A DNA stretch of 64,000 nt, from assembly GCA_964016885.1 (NCBI GenBank), contig OZ024742.1:19468001-19532000 (forward strand), written 5' to 3'. Of this stretch, positions 11,923-25,033 are shown piece by piece (within the stretch, counting starts at the first letter, position 1; the number at the start of each line of letters is the position of its first letter). Source of the stretch: Eledone cirrhosa. Lineage: Eukaryota. The position numbers were made by a program, and so were the translations under genes. Below the pieces are notes generated by a model. It searched no databases and had not been told where the DNA came from. It saw nothing but the letters and a program-made list of their open reading frames with translations.

Positions 11923-12174
11923 ACATATTTATATTTAGTATAATATATATTATAATATGTATTTTGTATATTTAGTAGTAGGTACTCCTAGATACAACTT
12001 CATTCTTACATATTTATCATTTATATATATTATATATTATTATATATTATTATATACATTTAATATGTACGTAAACTGAATTAAAGTTTCAAATGAAAAA
12101 AAAGTGTAATGAATAAATTATATTTTTTTAAATATTATATCAAGGAATGGTTATATATTGAAATATTATATCAA

Positions 12175-12430
12175 TGGAGGAGACTGAGGTTAGCTGGACA
12201 TGCTCACCGACATCCAGAGTTGACACTACACTCGGTGCTTCTGTGGGATCCCCTGCATGGACACACTGGAAGAGGAAGACCGAGGTTAACATATGTTGAT
12301 GCCTTAAGGACAGACACTGGTCTCTTGGAGATGCAGGACATGGCAGTGATAATGAGGGACAGAGACTGCTGGAGAGAACTCCTCCATGGATCTCAGGAAT
12401 TTTACCCGCCTTAGATATAGATAGATAGAT
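12175..12430 (+). mobile_element. 5'-truncated 3' end of the RTE LINE family found intact at 48210-51529
   Basis: Encodes [22 protein letters not shown]...EFYPP* with (gata)n tail; near-identical to the C-terminus of the 1044-aa ORF. Confidence 0.92.
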
Positions 12431-12564
12431 ATGGTTTAGGATAGAAATAAACAATGTATTACATATATTGAAATACCAGTAATTACATAACTACATCTTG
12501 TGTATGTTATAAAGAGCTATTAGAGTAGAATTTGTTGCCTGCAGGTTCAAGCCCCGCAAGGTAG

Positions 12565-15500
12565 AGTGGCTGTTCCCAGCATGTCTCATCCTCCTAGGCA
12601 ATGTCTTCTCCATCCTGTCAGCCTGGATCAAGAGGAGGAGTGGCTGTTCCAGCTCAACTCCCTCCCCCATCCTCCTGGGCAATGTCTTCTCCATCCTGTC
12701 AGCCTGGATCAAGAGGTGGAGTGGCTGTTCCAGCTCAACTCCCTCCCCATCCTCCTGGGCAATGTCTTCTCCATCCTGTCAGCCTGGATCAAGAGGAGGA
12801 GTGGCTGTTCCAGCTCAACTCCCTCCCCCATCCTCCTGGGCAATATCTTCTCCATCCTGTCAGCCTGGATCAAGATGAGGAGTGGCTGTTCCAGCTCAAC
12901 TCCCTCCCCCATCCTCCTGGGCAATGTCTTCTCCATCCTGTCAGCCTGTATCAAGAGGAGGAGTGGCTGTTCCAGCTCAACTCCCTCCCCCATCCTCCTG
13001 GGCAATATCTTCTCCATCCTGTCAGCCTGGATCAAGATGAGGAGTGGCTGTTCCAGCTCAACTCCCTCCCCCATCCTCCTGGGCAATGTCTTCTCCATCC
13101 TGTCAGCCTGGATCAAGATGAGGAGTGGCTGTTCCAGCTCAACTCCCTCCCCATCCTCCTGGGCAATGTCTTCTCCATCCTGTCAGCCTGGATCAAGAGG
13201 AGGAGTGGCTGTTCCAGCTCAACTCCCTCCCCCATCCTCCTGGGCAATGTCTTCTCCATCCTGTCAGCCTGGATCAAGAGGTGGAGTGGCTGTTCCAGCT
13301 CAACTCCCTCCCCATCCTCCTGGGCAATGTCTTCTCCATCCTGTCAGCCTGGATCAAGAGGAGGAGTGGCTGTTCCAGCTCAACTCCCTCCCCCATCCTC
13401 CTGGGCAATATCTTCTCCATCCTGTCAGCCTGGATCAAGATGAGGAGTGGCTGTTCCAGCTCAACTCCCTCCCCCATCCTCCTGGGCAATGTCTTCTCCA
13501 TCCTGTCAGCCTGTATCAAGAGGAGGAGTGGCTGTTCCAGCTCAACTCCCTCCCCCATCCTCCTGGGCAATGTCTTCTCCATCCTGTCAGCCTGGATCAA
13601 GAGGAGGAGTGGCTGTTCCAGCTCAACTCCCTCCCCCATCCTCCTGGGCAATGTCTTCTCCATCCTGTCAGCCTGGATCAAGAGGTGGAGTGGCTGTTCC
13701 AGCTCAACTCCCTCCCCATCCTCCTGGGCAATGTCTTCTCCATCCTGTCAGCCTGGATCAAGAGGAGGAGTGGCTGTTCCAGCTCAACTCCCTCCCCCAT
13801 CCTCCTGGGCAATATCTTCTCCATCCTGTCAGCCTGGATCAAGATGAGGAGTGGCTGTTCCAGCTCAACTCCCTCCCCCATCCTCCTGGGCAATGTCTTC
13901 TCCATCCTGTCAGCCTGTATCAAGAGGAGGAGTGGCTGTTCCAGCTCAACTCCCTCCCCCATCCTCCTGGGCAATATCTTCTCCATCCTGTCAGCCTGGA
14001 TCAAGATGAGGAGTGGCTGTTCCAGCTCAACTCCCTCCCCCATCCTCCTGGGCAATGTCTTCTCCATCCTGTCAGCCTGGATCAAGATGAGGAGTGGCTG
14101 TTCCAGCTCAACTCCCTCCCCATCCTCCTGGGCAATGTCTTCTCCATCCTGTCAGCCTGGATCAAGAGGAGGAGTGGCTGTTCCAGCTCAACTCCCTCCC
14201 CCATCCTCCTGGGCAATATCTTCTCCATCCTGTCAGCCTGGATCAAGATGAGGAGTGGCTGTTCCAGCTCAACTCCCTCCCCCATCCTCCTGGGCAATAT
14301 CTTCTCCATCCTGTCAGCCTGGATCAAGATGAGGAGTGGCTGTTCCAGCTCAACTCCCTCCCCCATCCTCCTAGGCATTGTCTTCGCCATCCTGTCAGCC
14401 TGGATCAAGAAGAGGAGTGGCTGTGCCAGCTCAACTCCCTCCCCCATCCTCCTGGGCAATGTCTTCTCCATCCTGTCAGCCTGGATCAAGAGGAGGAGTG
14501 GCTGTTCCAGCTCAACTCCCTCCCCCATCCTCCTAGGCATTGTCTTCGCCATCCTGTCAGCCTGGATCAAGAGGAGGAGTGGCTGTTCCAGCTCAACTCC
14601 CTCCCCCATCCTCCTGGGCATTGTCTTCTCCATCCTGTCAGCCTGGATCAAGAGGAGGAGTGGCTGTGCCAGCTCAACTCCCTCCCCCATCCTCCTGGGC
14701 AATGTCTTCTCCATCCTGTCAGCCTGGATCAAGAGGAGGAGTGGCTGTGCCAGCTCAACTCCCTCCCCCATCCTCCTGGGCATTGTCTTCTCCATCCTGT
14801 CAGCCTGGATCAAGAGGAGGAGTGGCTGTTCCAGCTCAACTCCCTCCCCCATCCTCCTGGGCAATGTCTTCTCCATCCTGTCAGCCTGGATCAAGAGGAG
14901 GAGTGGCTGTGCCAGCTCAACTCCCTCCCCCATCCTCCTGGGCATTGTCTTCTCCATCCTGTCAGCCTGGATCAAGAGGAGGAGTGGCTGTGCCAGCTCA
15001 ACTCCCTCCCCCATCCTCCTGGGCATTGTCTTCTCCATCCTGTCAGCCTGGATCAAGAGGAGGAGTGGCTGTGCCAGCTCAACTCCCTCCCCCATCCTCC
15101 TGGGCATTGTCTTCTCCATCCTGTCAGCCTGGATCAAGAGGAGGAGTGGCTGTTCCAGCTCAACTCCCTCCCCCATCCTCCTGGGCATTGTCTTCTCCAT
15201 CCTGTCAGCCTGGATCAAGAGGAGGAGTGGCTGTTCCAGCTCAACTCCCTCCCCCATCCTCCTGGGCAATGTCTTCTCCATCCTGTCAGCCTGGATCAAG
15301 AGGAGGAGTGGCTGTTCCAGCTCAACTCCCTCCCCCATCCTCCTGGGCAATGTCTTCTCCATCCTGTCAGCCTGGATCAAGAGGAGGAGTGGCTGTTCCA
15401 GCTCAACTCCCTCCCCCATCCTCCTGGGCAATGTCTTCTCCATCCTGTCAGCCTGGATCAAGAGGAGGAGTGGCTGTTCCAGCTCAACTCCCTCCCCCAT

Positions 15501-15830
15501 CCTCCTGGGCAATGTCTTCTCCATCCTGTCAGCCTGGATCAAGAGGAGGAGTGGCTGTTCCAGCTCAACTCCCTTCCCCATCCTCCTGGGCAATGTCTTC
15601 TCCATCCTGTCAGCCTGGATCAATAAGAGGAGTGGCTGTTCCAGCTCAACTCCCTCCCCATCCTCCTAGGCAATGTCTTCTCCATCCTGTCAGCCTGGAT
15701 CAAGAGGAGGAGTGGCTGTTCCAGCTCAACTCCCTCCCCCATCCTCCTGGGCAATGTCTTCTCCATCCTGTCAGCCTGGATCAAGAGGAGGAGTGGCTGT
15801 TTCAGCTCAACTCCCTCCCCCCATCCTCCA
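12565..15830. repeat. 81-bp satellite, about 40 copies, degenerate units continuing to about 16000
   Basis: Unit gtggctgttccagctcaactccctcccccatcctcctgggcaatgtcttctccatcctgtcagcctggatcaagaggagga; occasional 80-bp units shift the ORF-track frames. Confidence 0.97.
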
Positions 15831-16409
15831 GGGCCTTGTATGTCCCAGCGTGTCTCTGTCACCATTCTCTGGGCTAATATCTTCTCCCTCCCCATCCTGT
15901 CTGCCTGGATGGAGAGGTGGAGTGGCTATTCCAGCATGTCTCCCTCACCATTCTCTGGTCCAATATCTCCTCCATCCTGTTAGCCTAGACCAAGAGGCTG
16001 ACGACATATTCGAGAACACTGTTCTACCATTAACTTTTCATACCCATTAAACAACATAAAAAAAGTAAAGATATATATTTAATAAAGTACAGAAAGAGTA
16101 TCCTAGCAACAACTGTCATAAGACTTTCTCAGATTTTCTCTAGTTTTTTTTTCAAGTGGCAGCCATTTGAAAGGCCAAAGCTGGAAGGAAATCTAAAAAT
16201 GCAAACAGATCTAATATTTCCTGATTCTAAGAGTAAATCACACCCTTCCTGTCTTTTTCTCTAGTTATTTTATTTGAATATATTTTTATATTTTAATATG
16301 TTATTAGTCAATTGCTGTTAAGTGTCCACATGCAGTAATTACCTGTCTTAATTAATAAGATTAAAGAACAGCAGTTAAACAATAAATAATTATTTCTAAC
16401 TTTACTCCT

Positions 16410-16441
<32 letters not shown>

Positions 16442-16457
16442 ATACTACTACTGAAAA

Positions 16458-16645
16458 ATCATCATCATCATCATTTTTATGTCCGGTTTTCCATACTTGC
16501 ATGGGTTGGATGGGTCATTTTCAGCACAGCATCTCTCTACTCGCCACGTTTCTTCATCATGTCCTCTGTGAATCTCAACAATTTGAGGTCAGCCCTCACC
16601 ACCTCTGCCCAGGTCTTTCTCAATGTACCTCTACTGTGGCTTCCA
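16458..16645 (-). mobile_element. Degenerate RTE 3' fragment with (tga)n tail
   Basis: catcatcat..cttgcatgggttggatggg terminus like the 21939 element; minus frame RKTWAEVVRADL. Confidence 0.6.
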
Positions 16646-16671
16646 TAATAATAATAATAATAATAATAATA

Positions 16672-17265
16672 ATTTCTCATTTAGGCACAAGGCCAGCAAT
16701 TTTAGAAGGGTGAGTTAATTAAATCAACCCTAGTGCATGACTGGTACTTTATTTTATCAACCCCGTAAGGATGAAAGGCAAAGTTAACCTCGGCAGGATT
16801 TGAACTCTGTGCTGCAAAGCATGGTGTCCGACTCTCTACCACCGCCCTACAACAATAATTTCTAGTATAGGCACAAGGCCAGTAATTTGGGAGGAGAGGA
16901 AAGTCGATTAAATTTACCCCAGCACGTTACTGGTGCTTTATTCTATTGACCCCGTAAGGATGAAAGGCAAAGTTAACCTCAACGGGATTATAACTTAGAC
17001 TGTAAAGGACCGTAACTCTATGCTGCAAAGCATGGTGTCAGACTCTACTGATACTGCCAATCCACTGCCCTACAATAATAATAATTGTTTCTACTTTTGG
17101 CACAAGGCCAGCAATTACCCAGTATAATACTGGTACTTTATTTTATTGACCCCGTAAGGATGAAAGGCAAAGTTAACCTCGGCGGGATTTGAACTCAGAA
17201 GGCAAGGACCGTAACTCTATGCGTCAAAGCATGGCGTCCGACCCTCTACCGTTACTGCCAATCCA
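16672..17265 (-). mobile_element. Three tandem SINE family A copies
   Basis: Three successive ggcacaaggccag...gtaaggatgaaaggcaaagttaacctc units separated by (aat)n. Confidence 0.88.
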
Positions 17266-17691
17266 CAAAAACCAAACACCCCAACAGAATCAAATATGGG
17301 ATTGGACTGCTGACCTAATGATTGCTAAGTTAACCTCTTAACTATTTGGTAATTCTGTGTCTATTTATATACCTTACTGAACAGAGGAAACACTAAAATA
17401 ATACCAGAAACTAATGAGTAGACCAATGATAACTAGAAATAAAGCCAATTATTTTAGTGAAAGAAACAGTGAGTGGACTTCCCTATGATTTTATTAACAC
17501 TTTTTATACCAAAACACCTTAAACCACTCTGGGTTTTATAATTTAAAAAATAACTATTTGTTTAGTTATGTTCTAAATAGTTATGTTCTAATGCCCGAAA
17601 GTTTTGTTATATGAAATACCTCTAAATTTTGATTATTTTCAAAATTATTTGTCATTGACTTTCATTTGAAATTTGGTGACAAAAGGTTTAA

Positions 17692-17912
17692 CCCTTTAGC
17701 ATTTAAACCGGTTGTATCTAGCCAGAATTCTCTCACCTCTTTCTGCTCAAACCGGCTGTAACCAACCACTCATACTGATGTTAAGATATTGTGCTCAAAA
17801 TGAATAATATCAAAATCTTATAGATTTGATATTATGTGAGATAATTATGTAAGATAAAGCCTTTACCATGAAAATACAATAGTATATATAGAGTAATGTA
17901 AATGGTAAAGGG
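17692..17912. mobile_element. piggyBac-type MITE
   Basis: TTAA/ccctttagcattta ... taaatggtaaaggg/TTAA: TIRs starting CCC with TTAA duplication; second copy inverted at 30677-30897. Confidence 0.75.
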
Positions 17913-18482
17913 TTAAAGTGATTATATTATCTAAAAGAAAAAACTTCCATCATAATTTTATGATGTTTTAAACAGTAGCTTAATAATGAGAATGTTATTT
18001 ACTTCACTAAATACTTACAAATTCATGATTATTTTCAAATTATTTAAAAATCATATTTAGTGATTTCCATTAGACATATGGTAACACAAGTGATCATATT
18101 TATCTAAAAAAAAAAACTGCCATTATAATTTTATATTAATAATGAGGAAGTTATTTACTTCACTACATAAATCTTTATAAATTCATGATTATTCAAAAAT
18201 TATTTGAAAATCATAGGCAGTGTCTTTCATTTAAAATATGGTAACATATGGGCCCCCATTTGCTTATAATAGTGAGAGATGGAGAGAGCAGGAGGGACGG
18301 TGGCAAAGACAGTAGAAGTTTGGTGCCTCTATGTTCGGACTTGGTGTAAATGAGAGATGGGGAGAGCTGGAGAGATGGCGGCAGTGACAGTAGAAGTTTG
18401 GTTCCTTTGTGTTGTGCAAAAGTATTTATTTACCACATCACATTAATATTTATAGTTGTTACCTATCACATATGAACAGTTC

Positions 18483-18988
18483 AGGGTTAACTATAGTGAT
18501 AGGTGGGTTAACTATAGTGGTTAGTGAGTTAATTATCGTGATTGGTGTGTTAACTGTAGTGGTTAGTGGGTTAACTATAGTGATGGATGGGTTAACTATA
18601 GTGGTTGGTGGGTTAACTATAGTGGTTGGTGGGTTAACTATAGTGATTGATGGGTTAACTATAGTGGTTGGTGGGTTAACTATAGTGGTTGATGAGTTAA
18701 CTAGTGGTTGATGTGTTAACTATAGTGGTTGATGGGTTGACTATAGTGATAGGATGGGTGGGTTAACTGTAGTCATTTGTGGGTTAACTATAGTGGTTGG
18801 TGGGTTAACTATAGTGGTTGATGTGTTAACTATAGTGGTTGATGGGTTAACTGTAGTGATAGGTGGGTTAACTGTAGTGATTTGTGGGTTAACTATAGCG
18901 GTTGGTGGGTTAACTATAGCGGTTGATGGGTTAACTATAGTGGTTGATGGGTTAACTATAGTGATAGGTGGGTTAACTATAGTGATTG
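18483..18988. repeat. 21-bp minisatellite
   Basis: gggttaactatagtggttggt / gggttaactatagtggttgat repeated more than 20 times. Confidence 0.92.
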
Positions 18989-19556
18989 AATCAATCACTT
19001 GATAAATGAATCATGTGATGATCATATCATGTGACCAGATGTTCATCAAGCATTAAACAGATGTAACAAGTCAGAAAGTAGTTAATATGTCAAGTATTGG
19101 TCAGTTGATTTCATAGATATCAGTTTAATACAATTAAACCATTGTCTTCTAGCTTCCTTCACTCAACAACTCTAACATATTAAACACACACCTTTATCAA
19201 GTGGATATTTCACAATTTCCCTGTTTAATTAACCAGGAAATGGTTGCTATACTGATAAACACATACCTTTATCAAGTGGATATTTCACAATTTCCCTGTT
19301 TAACAAACCAGGAAATGGTTGCTATACCAACAATGTACATATATTGTTTTATAACAATAGGGAGCTGGTTATTATCGACGGCAATGACTTTGCCATTTTG
19401 TCGATAGAGTGCAGCCAAAAGACCACGCTAACTTAGGTCTGGAGTCTGTCACCCTCTCTTCTTGCCCCTTTCTTTCATTGCTTAATAATACTTGTTCTTT
19501 CCCCCCTTTTCCTCTCATTCATAGTCTTTTGCAATGCTCCTCACTTTTTCTATATG

Positions 19557-19927
19557 CATCATCATCATCATCGTTTAATGGCCATTTTCCAAGCTAGCAT
19601 GGGTTAGACGGTTTGTCCCATTAGAGGGGAGTTGGGTTAGGTGACCATGTCATGCTCATATAGAACGGTTTCTACGGTTGGATGCCCTTCCTAATGCTAA
19701 GCACTTTACAGTGTGGGCTGGGTTCTTTTTGTCATGATTCCTACAGGACCACTTTACAGTGGGTGGTGGGTTCTTTTTATCGTGACTCCTACACAACGAC
19801 TTTACAGTGGGGACTGAGTGGTTTGTGTTGTGATTCCTACAGGACCACTGTACAGTGGAGACTTGGTAGTTTTTGTAGTGACTCCTACAGGACCACTTTA
19901 CAGTGGGGGCTGGGTACTTTTTGTCGT
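19557..19927 (-). mobile_element. RTE-type 3' UTR fragment with internal approx. 48-bp tandem expansion
   Basis: (cat)n tail, gcatgggttagacgg and ggatgcccttcctaa motifs as in 21939-22180, then repeats of ctacaggaccactttacagtggg. Confidence 0.7.
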
Positions 19928-20300
19928 ATATATATGTATATATATATATATATATATAAATATGTATACACACACTTATATGTATTCATTCAGATACATG
20001 CATACAGACAGACAGACATGTGTAGTTAATATTATAAGCTATATTTTACAGTCACAGGTGGAGAAATGACAAATAGCAAATTAAATAAAGTGTCAAGATG
20101 AGTGAATATGTATGCGTGTGTCTATGTGTCTGTGAGTGTGTGTCTGTGTGTGAGTGTATGTATGTGTCTGTGTAACAGAGATTCATGACAATATCCTCAA
20201 TAAAAACATGGGTGGAATAAATATTCGAGTCTCATCAGCCAACTTTTGTATGTATTTAACAACATACTCAATGAACCATGTTGTAAAGGTATGACTCAGA

Positions 20301-20357
<57 letters not shown>

Positions 20358-20361
<4 letters not shown>

Positions 20362-20570
20362 TCATCATCATCATCATTTTACGTCCATTCTTCTACACTA
20401 GCATGGGTTAGATGGGTTTTATTGTTGTAGGCAATGTCAGGTCAGCTGACCATATCTTGTTCATACGGAACTGATTTTAGCTGGATGCCCTTCCTAACAC
20501 CAACCTCATTTACAGTGAGTACTGGGTGCTTTTTTACTGTGGCGCCTACACGACCACTTTACAGTGGTCA
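20358..20570 (-). mobile_element. RTE-type 3' UTR fragment abutting a TA array
   Basis: (cat)n tail and ggatgcccttcctaacaccaacc motif. Confidence 0.7.
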
Positions 20571-21228
20571 AGAAATTCCATATTTATGAAGGTACACTAT
20601 ACAATTACCGATCCTACCTACCGTTTATTCCAACCCCATTGCTTATAACAATTTATGCAAATGTCCAACCCCTCTGCTTATTCCACCCCACCTCACCCTA
20701 TTATTTGGGACCTGGGAGTATGTATATGGGCGGATATATATATAAATAATATTAATAAATGGAAAATATCTTTATAAAACCATATTTATTTTATTATACG
20801 TATTTCAAGGGTACTAATATTTTAGTACGTTTTCGTCAGATAAAATATAATAATTGGTGTAAAGATAGTGACATCTCTTCATGTGAACTCATGTTATAAG
20901 TTCATTGAAGTCTATCTTCAATGAACTTATAACATGAAGGGAGTGTAACTTGGAGTTACTGTAGGTTCACTCGGGTGAGCACTCGATGTTTAAGTTCACT
21001 TCAGTGTCGAGGTGTAGAGCTATACAGTGTATTAGAGTGAAAAGATAACAAGGACGATTGGTTACTCCTTCATTACATTTATTGGTTGGTGATGGGTGTT
21101 TTGCCACTTATCACCTCAAGGTTTGATCTGTATTGATCTTACACATTGAGCTGATCAGTGGCGAAACGCGCATCACCAACCAATAAATGTAATGAAGGAG
21201 TAACCAATCGTCCTTGTTATCTTTTCAC

Positions 21229-21281
<53 letters not shown>

Positions 21282-21360
21282 GTATATATATGTATATATA
21301 TATATGTATATATATGTATATATATATATATGTATATATATATATGTATATATATATATG

Positions 21361-21393
<33 letters not shown>

Positions 21394-21614
21394 GTATATA
21401 TATAATATAAGATCAAAAGATGGTTAAAGGAGTTCCATGTATTTTATTATGCGCATTTCAAAAACAAACATCATCATGCAATAATATTTGTGTTTTCATC
21501 AGATAAAACAGGAGAACATGATATGAAGGCTAAAAAACACTTGTGGATAGTGCAGTTTTAAATCAACATATCATTGCTTTATTGTACTACAATAAAACTC
21601 ACCTCCTACATATG

Positions 21615-21695
<81 letters not shown>

Positions 21696-21865
21696 GTAAA
21701 TGTGGTTGGTGTTAGGAAGGGCATCCAACTGTAGAAAACCTGCCAGACAGTCCTATGCGAGCAAGACAATCACTCTTGCCTCAAGTGGGACTACCCCGTC
21801 CAAACCCATGCAAGCGTGGAACACGGACGTTAAACATTGATGATGATGATGATGATGATGATGAT
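21696..21865 (+). mobile_element. RTE 3' terminal 170 bp with (tga)n tail, in TA array
   Basis: Near-exact reverse complement of 21939-22102. Confidence 0.9.
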
Positions 21866-21866
21866 G

Positions 21867-21938
<72 letters not shown>

Positions 21939-21939
<1 letters not shown>

Positions 21940-22828
21940 CATCATCATCATCATCATCAACGTTTAACGTCCGTGTTCCACGCTTGCATGGGTTTGGACG
22001 GGGGTAGTCCCACTTGAGGCAAGAGTGATTGTCTTGCTCGCATAGGACTGTCTGGCAGGTTTTCTACAGTTGGATGCCCTTCCTAACACCAACCACATTT
22101 ACAGTGTGGGACTGGGAGGTTTTTACCGTGTTGCCTACACGGCCACATTACAGCGTGGACTGTGTGTTTTTTTGTCGTGACACCTACACGATCTCATTTG
22201 TTTCGGCCTGGATGGCGCGGCACCAACATAACTTTACATAGAACGGGGTGGTGTGGATGGGGTGGGGGTGGTGGCGGGACGGGGTGTATTTTGTTAGAGA
22301 TGCCTACTGGCAAGGCGGGTCTTCTCTGTTACTGAGTACCGCCAAAGGTCTCGGTCCAGTGACATTGTCTTGGAGAGGTGTAAGTGTGTGAGGTCGGAGT
22401 TTATCAGCTCATCCCAGGTTTTTCTAGGTCTGCCTATTCCGTGGCTACCGTCTATCTTTATTGCCCTGCACTTTGTTATACAGCTATCGACTTTCATGCG
22501 CATCACGTGTCCATACCAACGTAGCCTTCTCTCGAGTAAACAACATCTGATCCCTCTTATCTCTAATTTTTTCCTTAGTTCGTTTATGCTTTGCCGTTCA
22601 CGTATATTACTGTTACACATCCAGCGGAGCATGCAAGCTTCGTTCCTCTCTAGTCTGCGTATATCCTCTGCACACAATGCCCAGGTCTCACTACCATGCA
22701 ACATTGCTGTTCGTATGCAGGCATCGTACAACCTGCCTTTCATTTTTAGGGAGAACCCTTTAGCAGCTAATAGTGGTATAAGCTCTCTGAACTTTTTCCA
22801 ACCAGTTCTGACTCTAGCTACAGTACTT
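21939..22828 (-). mobile_element. 5'-truncated RTE LINE (same family as 54838-56657)
   Basis: Encodes [16 protein letters not shown]...LHGSETW...[12 protein letters not shown]...GRPRKTW; (tga)n tail; TA arrays both sides; almost identical to 54838-55723. Confidence 0.95.
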
Positions 22829-23754
<926 letters not shown>

Positions 23755-23857
23755 AAGTACTGTAGCTAGAGTCAGAACTGGTTGGAAAAAGTTCAGAGAG
23801 CTTATACCACTATTAGCTGAAATACTTAACTAAAACACACACACACTCAAAACTAGA

Positions 23858-25033
23858 ATGGCTAACCAGCAAAAATCCAAACAGAACTGGTCTGATAATG
23901 AAATCGACATTCTAATAAACACATGGCATTGCCTTTCCCAAACAGAAGACATACATGCTTCATCTCTGAACGACATTGCTAAACGTACAGTTCAATTTTT
24001 GAAAACTCGATCTGAACAACAGATTCAAAATAAATTAAAGCAAATCGAAATTGCTTTTAAATTAATCAATAAACATTTGGATAAAATACGGTGTGTTTTC
24101 TCTTCGAATGCTGTCCAGCAGCAGCAACAACAACAACAGCAGCTACAACAGCAACAACAACAACAGCTACAACAACAACATCAACAACAGCTACAACAAC
24201 AACATCAACAACAGCAACAACAACAACAACGACAACAACAGTGTGAACCACTCCTTGATTCATCAACAATGGCCGATCTACTAAATGAAACTATTGACCC
24301 CCCAGTAGCCTCTGTCTCACAGCATGAAACGCCACATCCTTTCTCTGGCCCAGCAGTCCAATCATCACCACTGCCAACATCTCTGCCTACTACTACTACT
24401 ACTACTACAACATTTTTGTCTACTGCTGTGTCAAGGAATTTACCTTCTTATACCAGAACAAGAACTCTCCCTCCCACAGTCCACAAAGGTCGTCAAATCC
24501 TACCCAAACCATCATCTACACCTCTCACAACACACACACCCACATACCCACCCACTCGAAACCCCATCATTTGCCGCTACTCTCTACGCTATAGAATATG
24601 TACGGATAGTGGCTGCAAATTCACCCATTTACCTAGGACAAAACGATCTATCCCCACAAACAGCCACCACCATAATACATACTCTAATTTAACACCAACA
24701 CAACCACCAATAACTCAAACAAGGAATCCACAAATCTGCCGTTTTTCCCTGCGAGACAGATTGTGTTTAGACCGGGATTGTCCCTTTACCCATCTCCCGG
24801 GGACCCGTCGGATAAATGAAAATAAAATTAAAAATAAAAGCAAAAACAAAAACCATAACCTACATAAAAATAACCACTACCACAGTCACCAACAGTCTTC
24901 TAAACAGGAAACTTCTTCCTCTTTTTTAGCCATAATGAATCTGGCAAAAGAACTGGAAAAAAACATTCGAGCTATCACCCAGCACCACCCTCCACTATCA
25001 CCCCACTGCACAAACTCCCATTGCTGCCATTAA
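23858..25033 (+). CDS. LINE ORF1 protein: Myb/SANT-like N-terminus, poly-Q, two CCCH zinc fingers
   Basis: WSDNEIDILINTW...RSEQQIQNKLKQI; CRYSLRYRICTDSGCKFTH and CRFSLRDRLCLDRDCPFTH (C-x8-C-x4-C-x3-H). Confidence 0.75.
   Translation: MANQQKSKQNWSDNEIDILINTWHCLSQTEDIHASSLNDIAKRTVQFLKTRSEQQIQNKLKQIEIAFKLINKHLDKIRCVFSSNAVQQQQQQQQQLQQQQQQQLQQQHQQQLQQQHQQQQQQQQRQQQCEPLLDSSTMADLLNETIDPPVASVSQHETPHPFSGPAVQSSPLPTSLPTTTTTTTTFLSTAVSRNLPSYTRTRTLPPTVHKGRQILPKPSSTPLTTHTPTYPPTRNPIICRYSLRYRICTDSGCKFTHLPRTKRSIPTNSHHHNTYSNLTPTQPPITQTRNPQICRFSLRDRLCLDRDCPFTHLPGTRRINENKIKNKSKNKNHNLHKNNHYHSHQQSSKQETSSSFLAIMNLAKELEKNIRAITQHHPPLSPHCTNSHCCH

Noticed and set aside
12566-15877. 500-740 aa repetitive ORFs on both strands
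   Set aside because: By-product of a stop-free 81-bp satellite; 80-bp units shift frames freely, so no frame is conserved.
18483-18988. Interstitial telomeric repeat or Val/Gly-rich protein
   Set aside because: The unit is a 21-mer containing gggttaa, not (TTAGGG)n; the ORFs are repeat artefacts.
24933-24937. TAATG stop-start coupling for ORF2
   Set aside because: The ATG is in the ORF1 frame and the TAA in the third frame, so it cannot initiate ORF2.
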